NCBI GenBank assembly: GCA_047495785.1
Contig: JBLDXI010000003.1
Coordinates: 2,480,001 to 2,544,000 of the forward strand
Length of the DNA: 64,000 bases
Origin: Lepidodermella squamata
Lineage: Eukaryota > Animalia > Gastrotricha
Direction of reading: 5' to 3'
Positions within the stretch are counted from its first letter, which is position 1, and each line of letters begins with the position of its first letter. Shown here piece by piece: positions 1 to 11,131 of this stretch. A program made the position numbers and the translations under genes. A model generated the notes under the pieces. The model saw only the letters and a list, made by a program, of their open reading frames with translations, was not told where the DNA came from and did no database searches.

Positions 1-90
1 GACTTAGCGGTTTTCCGTTATTTGCTATAATCATCTTCGTGGATTAATTTCTTAATTTAATTTACTTTTCTGATTTAATTTATGAACTAA

Positions 91-130
91 TCCCTGAAAA
101 TGGTTATAGCAAGTAACCGAAACGTCGGAA
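91..130 (+). ncRNA. Degenerate minimal hammerhead ribozyme motif (Penelope-like pLTR remnant)
   Basis: tcc-CTGAAAA-t-ggtta(loop)taacc-GAAAC-GTC-gga: stem I tcc/gga, stem II ggtta/taacc, palindromic ACGT stem III. Core G8 is replaced by A. Confidence 0.5.
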
Positions 131-425
131 CAAACGCGTTCATTTTTGCTAACAAGACCTGCTTCAGTTAGAATTATTATAGTTTCTCCAAAATCATAGA
201 TCGCGGATTCCAGCTAACTGATTATATTTTCAGTTAATCTAAGAATTCATCTTGAAGTACTGGAATTTTCTGGCGAAATTATGGAATGTCAAGGTTCTGA
301 AAAGATTTCGAAAAGTATACCACGTAAAATATGCATTTTTCCGGATTTTAATTCAATCTCAATATCATATAATATTATAATCATTGAAAACGAGACAATA
401 TAAGTCCTTTGAAAGCATTCTGAGT

Positions 426-1096
426 TTAGTTGGAGGTGCTGACCGACTTGCTGTACGAGTACGAGCCCTTGCTGGCCTTGCGACCGCCGAAGTTGTGGCC
501 CCACTTGTTTCCAAAGTTGTGACCGTACTTGTTGCCGAAATTATGGCCGTACTTGTTTCCGAACTTGTGACCCCATTTGTTGCCGAAATTGTGGCCGTAG
601 TTGTTGCCAAAGTTGTGGCCCCACTTGCCGACCTTCTTGCCGTGGTTCTTGCCATAACGGCGAGCACCGAATCGGTTGTTGCGCTTGCCATGACGAGCAC
701 CCGAGGACGAGGCGGACCTCGAGTAGGAGCCGCCGAAACGTTTGTTCTTGCCGAAACGGTTGCCCGAGAAGGAGGCGGACTTGGAGTACGAAACAGAGAC
801 TGACTTGGAGTAGGATCCGCGGCGCTTGTTCATCTTGCGGTTGTTCTTGCCGTGGCGCTTCTTCGGGGCGTAGACACCCTTCTTGGCGAAAGCCGCATTG
901 TTCTCGTACGATCGGCTAACCGAGAGGCTGGTCTTTTTCGAGTAACGGCGGTTCAGCTCGTTTGACTCGAATTTGTAGACCGTAGCATTGGCATGAGCTG
1001 GAAAATTGTGTAATTAATTTCATTGAACCAGATCTTAATTCTAGCCTTACCAATGCCCAACAGGACGACAGCGGCGATAGCGAGGGAGAAGCGCAT
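426..1096 (-). CDS. Secreted basic Ser/Gly/Lys/Arg-rich block protein, copy 1 (205 aa); exons 1096-1051, 997-426
   Basis: Signal-peptide exon MRFSLAIAAVVLLGI, 53-nt GT-AG phase-1 intron, in-frame exon 2 (AHANATVYKFESNELNRRYSKKTSLSVSRSYE...SYSYSKSVSTSN). Near-identical paralogs occur in the window. Confidence 0.93.
488..630 (-). repeat. 24-bp coding tandem repeat, ~6 units of [WY]GHNFGNK
   Basis: Translates as KWGHNFGNNYGHNFGNKWGHKFGNKYGHNFGNKYGHNFGNKWGHNFG. Confidence 0.9.
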
Positions 1097-1139
1097 TTTC
1101 AAATCGAATTTGTAGATGAATAAATATCAGAAGGAAATA

Positions 1140-1345
1140 TCAGCTGATGATTTCATGTATTTTGAGGGTCTGGTTTATATACCATGTTTGCAGTAATTAG
1201 CGCTTCATTAAACTTCGTGGCCAATAAGCTTCATTTGGTGTTCTAATTTTCGAACGATTGTTTATCTATACTGCTAATGAGAACACTGACCCGGAGGATT
1301 TACAGTATAAAATCTGCCGAATTCTCCCGATCAACATCATCAACA
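1140..1345. promoter_or_regulatory. Divergent core promoters of copies 1 and 2
   Basis: TATATAAA on the - strand near 1174-1181 and TATAAAA on the + strand near 1305-1311, each followed about 25 nt later by ATCATCA. The same layout occurs upstream of other family members. Confidence 0.65.
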
Positions 1346-1393
1346 GCCATTCCTTCGAATTTCAAAATAAATTGTTCTAGAAAATCTATCAAT

Positions 1394-1947
1394 ATGCGCT
1401 TCTCCCTCGCTGTCGCTGCCGTTGTTCTGTTGGGCATTGGTAAGGCGATGTCTAAGCTCTCATTCAATTTAATCATTTCACAATTTTCCTAACTAGACTA
1501 GAGATCTAAGCTCGGATTTCACTATCATTTCACAATTTTTCAGCTTATGCCAATGCTACGGTTTACAAATTCGAGTCTAACGAGTTGAACCGCCGTTACT
1601 CGAAAAAGACCAGCCTCTCGGTCAGCCGATCCTACGAGAACAATGTGGCCTTCGCCAAGAAAGGTGTTTACGCCCCGAAAAAATTCGGCCGCAAGATGAA
1701 CAAGCGCCGCGGATCCTTCTCCAAGTCGGTCTCCAAGTCGGTTTCCTACTCCAAGTCTGGCTCTTTCTCGGGTGCTCGCTATGGCAAGAACAACAAGCGA
1801 TTCGGTGGCCGCCGTTATGGAAACAAGCGTCACGGTCGCGGCCGGAAGGGCGGCAAGTTCGGAAACAAGTTCGGCTACAACTTCAACCGAAAGGGCAACA
1901 ACAAGGGCTCGTACTCGTACAGCAAGTCCGTCAGCGCCTCCAACTAA
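1394..1947 (+). CDS. Secreted basic Ser/Gly/Lys/Arg-rich block protein, copy 2 (149 aa); exons 1394-1439, 1544-1947
   Basis: 46-nt signal exon MRFSLAVAAVVLLGI, GT at 1440, CAG at 1541-1543, in-frame exon 2, AATAAA downstream. Confidence 0.93.
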
Positions 1948-2171
1948 ACTAAAAAATGAGCTTCCAAAGGACTCAAAATAATCTTTTGCAATGAAATTGG
2001 TTTTGAATAAAGGAATATTCGAAATGATTATGGATACTTGTTTGTCTGGCCGAATTATTTATCTCCGGTATAAAAAATATTTGACAACATTTCTTGGGGT
2101 TTTAGGGGTCCCTGATCACGATTTTGAAACCCGTTTGTCTCTATCCATCACCGTTAAGGCTGTGCAAAAAG

Positions 2172-2465
2172 TGGTCGAAATCGCCCTATCGGCCCAGCTG
2201 ATTTCAGCACATTTTTCAAATACCCTAGTTTCAGCATCAGGTGCTCTCAATATTGAATTTTCATGTTCTAAGCCTCTCCCGTAACAGTCCCTGAAAATCC
2301 TCCTTTATTATTTTGAGGGTAAAAATAAGTTAAAACGAGTTTTCAAAAATCAGCATTTTGATCAGTATTCAGCCAAGTCAGCTTTTTCACACGCGACAGT
2401 TTTGAAGCTCTAGAATCACGCACTCCGCCTGTATAGCGTCTGGGCCGATAGGGCGATTTCGACCA
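2172..2465. repeat. 26-bp perfect inverted repeat pair, MITE-like
   Basis: TGGTCGAAATCGCCCTATCGGCCCAG at 2172-2197 and its reverse complement at 2440-2465. No clear TSD. Confidence 0.6.
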
Positions 2466-3285
2466 GTTAACTAAAATCAAGGCAGCGCCCTTAGTTTTTG
2501 TCGAAGACTGATGAAAATTTACACACAAGTCAATGAGATTATGCCGAACAACAACAACAATGATCATTTTATTATAAAATTATTATAAGCATTTTAATAT
2601 AAAAACGATGGTCTGCAGGTAGCGCATAGGCCCCTGTTGCCCGAAGACACAGAAAAGTATCTAGTTTTTGTTTACAACTGACCACTGTTATATAACTGTT
2701 TATAAATACCACTGACAGTTAGATGAATTTATAGATCTACGAAATTCCATATTAGAATCCATGAAATAGATGAATTGATGATGAATGACAGTAGTATTTT
2801 TTGTTTAACCGGATAGTGAAATTTGATTACCTTAATTTTAAATTGAAAAAAAATCAAAATTTCACTCCTCGGTTATAAAATTTTAAATGACTATAATTTC
2901 AAAACGGTGTGAGATAGCGTTTCAGATTCTTGTAGCCAACATCGAAAAGTAATATTGCTCAAAAGGGCGATCAAAAATCCATCAAATTGCAATTTTGGTG
3001 CGTTGTCAAAGTCGAATTTCCGAAATCGTCCTTATGGCCATGAAAGGATTAAAGCCCAGAATGTTACTGAAAAAACGGTTACGGAGAAATTCCAGTGATT
3101 TTGATGACACTTTAGTGCAGTTTGGTGACAGTCGCAAAATCCAGGTCCTAGTTCATCACCAAGCCTAATACGAGACACTGGTCATTTATCCGTTTTCACC
3201 GAATTCATACGATTACCCAGCACGGATATATGCCTTTTACACACCCTGCGGTTGTAGTCACCCTGCAGGATTTTTAAAGTATAGG

Positions 3286-6200
3286 GTGGTCGATAAAGCT
3301 GCCAAATCAAAAATTTTCAAATTCGAGGCTTTGGCTGAATTTGCTGAAGTCTTTAAGCCAGATTTGATTTTGATTTCCGAAACAAAAATTCCAGCTGATG
3401 CCACGCCGAAGATAGTAGAAGACTGTTTTCCTGACTATGAATGTCTTTGGATTGGGCGGGAGGATTCTGGTGGCGGAGGGGTAGCTATCTTCGTCAACAA
3501 AAGGTTGAAAGTGAAAAACCATTGGTCTTTTCGTTCAAAGCTGGAGAATTTACACGCACAGGTGGAATCTCCGAGCGGCATGGTCTCCACAGTATCAGTG
3601 ATTTATCGCTCCCCGACGGTTAAGCCTAAAATACCTGTAGAAGAGCTTGACAACGTGATGGTCGAACTCGTAGCTAAGACTAGCGAAATCGAGCATAGAA
3701 TTCTGGGCGGCGACCTAAATTGGGATCTCTTGAAACCGCAGATTGCAGAGGATCTGGAGCAAACTTTTGATTCTTTCAAAATGACTCATAGTTTTCCTCC
3801 AGCATTCACTCGGGTAGACACTCGCACTAAGAAAGGCACGATGATCGATCACTTCTGGTCAACTGCTACAGCTCAAGAAATCATCATCTCAGGTACAATA
3901 ATTGGTTTAAGCGACCATCATGGGATAGTTTTATCGATTAGAGACCTAGGCAAAAAACCGAAAACAACACCGAAGCCAGATATAATATCATTTCGTAATC
4001 TGCGTGAAATTAAGGCTGATCAATTTCAATATGAGCTTCAAAAGGCCCTAGGAGATTCCGGACTTCAACGAGACGAGGATCAACAAGGATACTGCGACAG
4101 GATCCAAGGTGCTTTCATTACTGTGCTCAACAAACTAGCTCCATTAAGAACAAAAAAGATCTCGAAAAATAAGCGAAAAAAGTTGCACTCAACATTTATT
4201 TCCCAAGAAAAGCAACGGTCAGACCGCAGGAAAGTCAGGAAATCTCGTCGCGCCAAGTGGAGACAAAAGGTGAAATTAGCTGGAAAAGACCCACGAAAAT
4301 TATGGAAGATTGTAAATGAATTTCGGCCCAAAAAGAAAACGGGGGAAAATGATTTTTCTGGACTTGAAAAAATCAGGCTATTACCTTAGCCAATGCCTTC
4401 AACAGTCTTTTCGCCAATGTTGGAAAAAACATTGCCATTGCAATGCTACAACGCCTAAATTTTCACCGTGCATTCCAGACCACGGAAAAGTTCAATTTTC
4501 GCGCAATCACGACAAGGGAACTGCTGGATGCATTGGCTAAGGTAAAGAATAAACCCACAACTGGTATAGATGAAATACCTGAGTCAGTTTTGAAAATGAG
4601 TACCAGCGTTGTTGCTCCGCATTTACTTGCTTTATTCAATGAAATAATTCGATCGAAAACAATTCCCGAGCAATGGAAAACGGCAATTGTGCATCCTTTG
4701 CACAAAGGAGGATCTAAAGATGACGTGTCGAATTTCAGGCCAATTTCAATTCTATCGCCAATATCTAGGACGTTTGAGAGGTGCATCTCGTTCCAAATTA
4801 AATCGCATTTAAATAAGCCGGAAACAAGGTTCTTGTCGCCTACACAGTTTGGGTTCCGCAAATTCCATTCAACAGACAGCTGCCTTGCAAAACTCACCGA
4901 AGACTGGCACATTTCGCACGAAAAAAGGGAAACAGTCGCAGCAGTAGCTATTGACTTGAGCAAGGCCTTTGACTCGCTACATCATGAAGGCATCTATAGG
5001 TCCTTGGCTAGTGCAGGATTTGAACTGGAAGCTATTCAGTTGATCGAAAACTATCTCAGTGATCGTTACCAGTATGTAGAAATTAACCAAAGTCGCTCAA
5101 GTAAAGCTAAGGTGGAATTCGGCGTACCACAGGGCAGTGTCCTAGGGCCATTGCTATTTACCATCTACGTAAATGAAATGGCTTCGATTCCAATATATTC
5201 GAAAATAGCTCAATTCGCAGATGACACCACTATTTACTTGTCAGATAAAGACGTTGAACGCCTTCAGGATCGCCTTCAATCCGACATCAACCGGTTGAGT
5301 GACTGGTTAGCAGCAAATAGCTTACTAGTCAATGGAAAAAAGTCGCAGATGATAATCATAGCCACTGATCCCGATGCACCTCCCCCAGAAATCTCCATCA
5401 AAATCGAAAATACGAGAGTTGAAATCACCACATCGCTCAAAGTCCTGGGCTATATTATTGACAACAAACTATTGCACACTGAACAGCTCAAACATGTGGG
5501 TAACAAAACCAGGGGTGGTCTCTTTGCTCTAAAATTTGCGGCTAAATTCCTTGATCGAAAAACCCTCAAATTGATGGCTAATGGTGTCATCTTCTGTCAC
5601 CTAATGTACTGTGACAGCGTCCTAGCCCAAGCGGCAAAAACTAACTTAGAGCGCCTTCAACGACGACAGGACAAAGCCGTTCGCATAATTTGTCATGCGA
5701 ATGAAAACGATGACATCGAATCCCTGAGGAAAAAGCTAAAATGGCTAGACCTTGATGGTAAAAGGAAAGTTCATCTGGCAACCATGATATGGCGCTGCAT
5801 CAATGGCGAAGCACCGGCCGCCTTAGCCGAGTTCTTCAAACTGCAAGAGAAAACCGCTGGGGTCACAAGGAGGCAAGTCAACATAAATGCATCGAACAAC
5901 CTGCTGGTTGTCCCTCGCGTGAAGACCGATACTTCGATGCGATGCCTTCGATACCGTGGCGCCACGTTCTGGAATGGCTTGCCGAACGAAATTCGCTTAG
6001 CTACCAGCGCGGATCAATGCCGGAACCTAACTTATCATTATTTACTGTCTGAACCTACTGCAAACACTGAGGAAGGTTGTGACGTCATCGAGGCAAGCGG
6101 TGAAATTGTAAATACCGTTACTGATGATTAATTTCTAATTCCTTGTTGAGTCTAAATACGATATTTTTATACTGGTATGCATGTCATTGTCTTTTTCCTA

Positions 6201-6339
6201 ATTTCCTAACTTTCTTTGTTGATATCTACATAATGACCTCTTCACGTCGAATCTAATTGTACTAATCATGCTTCTTTTTCAGCTGAGCTGTCCTACATCC
6301 CTTGGATATTAATGCTCATAAATAAATAAATAAATAAAT
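3286..6339 (+). mobile_element. Non-LTR retrotransposon (CR1/L2-group-like), 5'-truncated, APE endonuclease + RT, one frameshift near 4367-4372
   Basis: APE motifs (ISETK, GGGVAIFV, GDLN, IDH, SDH), RT motifs (FRPISIL, QFGFR, DLSKAFD, GVPQGSVLGPLLF, FADD) and a (TAAA)n tail at ~6318-6339. Confidence 0.92.
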
Positions 6340-6497
6340 GCCATTGGGCTTTAATGGCTTAACCTTTAAGTTTGACGCAAATTGATATCGAAATGAAGTA
6401 CAAGACCCGATGATAACTTTAGCCCAAATTAATGTTGCATTACGTGAAACGCGATTTTCGTTTTTTAATTTCCTTATTGACATGAAGCAACAACAAT

Positions 6498-7719
6498 GGG
6501 TGCGTTTCTTTATCACAAGCCATTTTTTATTTTAAAATTAAAATTAAACACTGACATTTCTTTATCATTTTAAATTTTAAAATTAAAATAAATATCATTT
6601 CTTTATTCGATTTTTTCCATTTTATTTTATAAAATAAAACGTCATTTCTTTATCACATTTTTTTCATGATTTTGGAAAAGAAAATGTGAATGAAACGACA
6701 CGTGCTGTTTATAAACTACGCTCTGATAAAGAAATGAAAAAAATGAATGTTTTGAGCGTAGTTTGAACGTATGAACGTGATTGCCCTAAGCCCATAGGAG
6801 CATGAGAGCGTCCGGAGGGAAGGGCCGATCTCAAATTTGTCCCATCGAAACATTATAAGTTTTAGGAAAGTTCAGTAGAACGTAGTTCAACGACTTCACC
6901 TCAGCATTGCCGATTGAGCTGGCGACACTTCAGCAACTGCCACTTCCGCAAAAGATTTGTAATGATATATTTGGGCAGTAGAAGTTTTCCACATTCGTCG
7001 AATTAAAGGTTCTAAGATATTTGCGCGAACTGAGCTGAGCGAAGCGACAACTTAGCCACTCGACAAATCAGCTAAATTTATGTTAATTATTTTTATTATT
7101 ATTCAAATACAATGGACCTTCAAAAAGCTATAGAGGTGGAGCTGGGCATGCTCGCTCCGCTCGTATAGCCAAGATTCAACACTTAAATTAATAATTAATT
7201 TATAGTCAGCTCAAATGTCGTTAGCGTGAATGTCGTGGTTGACATGTCGCACTACGCACTGAGCAGATATCGTTAGCTTAAAAAACCTCAACTGAAATGA
7301 CGTGGGCTCTATAGTTGTATTGCTGAATAACACAACTGCTATTGTGGCAGTTGCTGAAGTGTCACTGCTCAAACATTGCCATAGAGAAGTGACGTTGTCG
7401 AACCAAGTTCCGCTGATCTCTTCTACGAGCGCAATTCTATATAAGACGATATAAAAATGGACGTTTTTCCGCAGAAAAGCCTCAGAATACAAGTGTAAAA
7501 TAGGACCAAAACGGCTCTACCCCCTGTTTTTCCTTGAGCTAAAAAAATGGATTTTTTCGATGAAACGCGTGCTTTATTTGCGCCATTTTATAAAATAAAA
7601 TGACGAAAAGAAACGTGAAAACACAAAAAATTTATAAACGATGAATATCAATGAAACGACCATTTTATTTTCATTTTATTTTAAAAAATAAAATAAAATT
7701 GAGATAAAGAAACGCACCC
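6498..7719. mobile_element. Non-autonomous DNA transposon, PIF/Harbinger-like
   Basis: TIR GGGTGCGTTTCTTTATC at both ends, 3-bp TSD AAT (6495-6497, 7720-7722), subterminal CATTTCTTTATC repeats, no credible ORF. Confidence 0.7.
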
Positions 7720-8086
7720 AATGTTCCTGGCATCATAGACCCATCGTGGCACATGGCACTTTTTAGCGACTTTCTGTCAACTGTGAATCAATACAGCATC
7801 GTAGAATCCTCTGTTGACAGATCTTGTAAAAGCGAAAAAGAGAAAGTTTTTCGCTTTCCTAAGCGATACAACACATCTGGCGCGCGTTGGCTATATTAAA
7901 AAGCCTTACCTACAACGCGATACTTCTCTACTACCAACACAGCATTACTACCTTGCCGCTCCGTGCTGTGGACGAAAATCAATTTTATAGCCTGTCTCTG
8001 CCGTCCTGCAATAAAAAGAGGATTCACACTTATTGATGCGGCTTTGCATTTTTCACTCGCTAACGATCGGCCCCACATGACGAAGC

Positions 8087-10411
8087 ATGGTTGAAATATT
8101 TAGCCCTGCTTCCAACGCTGGGTTTAAAATTTTCTTCGCAATCGGCGCCATTTTCACGTGTTTCATTCTCTACATCGTAATAACAGCTATTCACAGCTCG
8201 GGAATTGGCGCTCAAAATTACGGCAATTTTTTCCTCGACGCATTGAAACCGAAAACTTACCATTCACGCTTGATTGACCGCATATATCCTCCTACAACTA
8301 AACCGCCAGTAAAATCTCGCCACGTATTCCACGAAAAACTTGATTTATTCATCGAAGAAAAGCTATGCAACATCGATTGGATAATGACTGGTGGATCGAC
8401 TTGCAGCTTCGAACGCCGACATCTACCTCCTTTCGCAGTCACTCTACCGGAAAAAGCGAGACATACATTCGAGACAATGCGAAATAGTGTGATACTAGTT
8501 GTCGTTTTTAATTGGGACACAAATTATTTTGTCTCACCCTTGGTGCACGCACTCTACGCTAAGAATTTCGCCGCAGTTCGGTATTGCGGTCTTCGGCCGA
8601 ATGCGACGCATTTCCGGCAGCAAATTGAGCTGTATTTCCCACGCGATATTGCCGCTGAATTCGAGCCGCTCTACCTCAACTTTTTAGCCGCTGATCAGAA
8701 GGAAATTCGAGTGGGTGGCGGCGAGACGATGTACTACTGCGCTAACCTAGCGATGGAATCGATTTCTAAAACTATCGATGTCAACGGTGTATTCCTGATA
8801 CATGACGATGCGTTGCTGAGCCACTGGCTGGCTGGTTTCAGGCCTGATTTGTTGAATCTGGAGAAGAGTTATTTCTACGGTATCGGCGAGCCGTTTGATT
8901 TAACTATAATGAAGCTGTGCCGTCCGGCGAAACCTGAGATGAACGAGACTGAATCACCGTGTGATGGCTTACCTATCACCTGGTGGCCGGCGACCCTGTA
9001 TCACGATGTCTCTGTTAAATTTTACAAGGTTCGTTTTTACCTTATCTATACCGGATTTTCTCGGTTCGTATAGGCCAGTAAATCTTGAATTGAAGCTTTG
9101 AGAATTATGGAGAAGATATAATTTTAGGAATAGCGTGGCGCATACTTGAGTAACGCAACAAAGAAATTCCTCAGAAAAGGAGAATGACTCTAGAATGAGT
9201 GACAAAAACAGATATTATGGCCAAACAACACAGTCAAGAGAAAATTAAAAAATTCTACAAAAAATTGCCAGTTAACTTTCTTAACTAAGGACTCTGATGA
9301 GTCTCTTGGCCGAGACGAAACGTATACATCAGACTAGCCATAATGATTCTACAAAAAAGTATGTCACTTAAATATGGTAATAAAAAAATCCGGAAATATT
9401 GGTCCAACCGGGTACATTACTAATAATTACCATCGGAGCTTACCGGGTTTATCGGGTGGATTACGAATTTTCTCCGTTGAATTTTTATTCTGGTGCATTT
9501 AATTTAAAAATGATTTTTCACATAACAATTTAATTAAAACTTTTCAATGGCAGCGCAATGTTTGGGACACTGTGGATAAACAAATTTCCGCTTTGAGAAA
9601 TTTTAATTCACAAATTTGAATTAGTTACCGCTCACAGTTAATTGGGATATAGTGAATTCATTACCAAATTTTTGAATCCTGTTCCAAATTAGTTTTAACG
9701 GCACTTAAAAATCCAATCAGTTCCAAGTCCCCAATTTTAAGACCTAACCCTAACCCTAACAAATTACATAACCGAATAAAATGGCCAAGTACTGAAAAAA
9801 TGGAACTGGTACCGCAGTAAGATTTTCAACAGTTAATTTGGTGCGACTGGAAAAGAGCTGTGCTAACTTATGTACCAAGCTCTACATTTGATAGAAGTCA
9901 CATTCGAATATTTAATTTTATACGAATTTTTCTTCAGGAATGGACAGAATTAGCCGAAAATTCTACTTCTGATTCTTCGTTTAAATTTTGCCTTGATCGC
10001 CTCGCTGATCGAACTCACGGCTACAACCGGATAGTCGGCGGGTTAGCAGACGGTTTCTACCTCACTAAGCCACATTTCAACCTGATTTCATCGATTCTCA
10101 AGCTGGCTCATAACCACAGCGTATTTCAGGAGCTGATAGTTCCTACGACTTTCGCTTGCATACCACCTAATGAGACAGGCCTGTTTAACGTCGACAAAAA
10201 TCAAGCGGCGAGAGGAACTCGTGATCCGCCCTGGAACATATTCGACTCAAACGAACTGCTGATGCATCCGTTTAAATTCAGCGGATTTCTGAAAGCGATG
10301 ACCGGTGATAAAAAAGCCTTGGGTGATAACACGCGCGAGTTGTGTCTCTACTGTATGCTGGCTCAATACAGCAAATTGCTGGCACTGCTAACTAGAAAAA
10401 AATCAGATTAG
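8087..10411 (+). CDS. STELLO/DUF288-like type II membrane protein (putative glycosyltransferase-like), copy 1; exons 8087-9028, 9938-10411
   Basis: N-terminal TM anchor; motifs VILVVVFNW, LY..NF...RYCG, GVFLIHDDALL, HPFKFS; phase-0 splice FYK|EWT; tandem paralog with the same structure. Family assignment is by motif recall. Confidence 0.7.
9130..9573. mobile_element. Degenerate Tc1/mariner-like MITE in intron, homologous to 55722-56113
   Basis: Shared blocks AGTAACGCAA, TTGGTCCAACCGGGTA and TACCATCGG in inverted orientation relative to the 55.7-56.1 kb copy; ends resemble a GTGTCCCA TIR. Confidence 0.55.
9265..9345 (+). mobile_element. 81-bp insert with hammerhead ribozyme core, flanked by a 13-bp direct repeat
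   Basis: CTGATGA-GTCTC-ttggcc-GAGAC-GAAAC at 9294-9321; ATTCTACAAAAAA at 9252-9264 and 9346-9358. Confidence 0.65.
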
Positions 10412-11131
10412 AATTATTTCTTCAAATAAAATTCAAATTGGCAACAATTAATAATGAAAGATGAGACTCATCAAAATTTGAAATCAAGCAAGTGATCTCT
10501 TATATGTAAAATTACGAACTTCGGCACGCGACCAAGGGCTTGGTACTAAACATGAAGCATACCTAGCCACAAGAATAGCCCTAATTATAGCCCAAAGAGA
10601 CTACTATTAGAATTAGAGTCCCAAGCCAAAGGGAGCTGGTAACAAATGCTGGTGGTGAAAAAGTGGCTATAAGGTTTGAAAATTCAAACTTGTCCACTTG
10701 ACCTGGATGATTCATGCAGAAACTAGGTCATTAGCAAATCCGACCGGCGTCGACGTTATCGCGACAGCGGAGAACGTGATTATGGAGGCTGGGACCCCAG
10801 AAGCATGAGAATACGCCGCACTGCCTGTCTGAAATTACAATGCACCCCGAGAACATTTTAACCTAGAACGCAATACTGGCTCATATGGTGTCTGTGCAAT
10901 CACGCTCTCCTTTTTTTACATAGTACGATATAACATACTCATATCTTGAAAAGAGGAAAATTATCGCTTTTCTAAGTGACACCTTCGCATGTCGGCTCTA
11001 TTTATAAAAGTCCATGTAGCCGCTCACGGACGTACCGCTCACGTGCTGGGGTCAAAGTCTCCGTCTCGCCCTGCAATAAAAAACAGATTCAAATTTCTTA
11101 GTGTGGCTTAGCATTTTCCACTCACTGACGC

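Noticed and set aside
365-803. Alternative-frame and antisense ORFs over the basic-protein genes (365-700, 384-803, 1540-1833, 14167-14700, 14881-15300, 20143-20484, 24651-25085)
   Set aside because: Shadows of strongly biased C/G-ending codons in low-complexity genes; they lack the signal exon and splice support
9743-9760. (CCCTAA)3 telomere-like motif
   Set aside because: Only three units inside an intronic repeat; not a telomere or meaningful array
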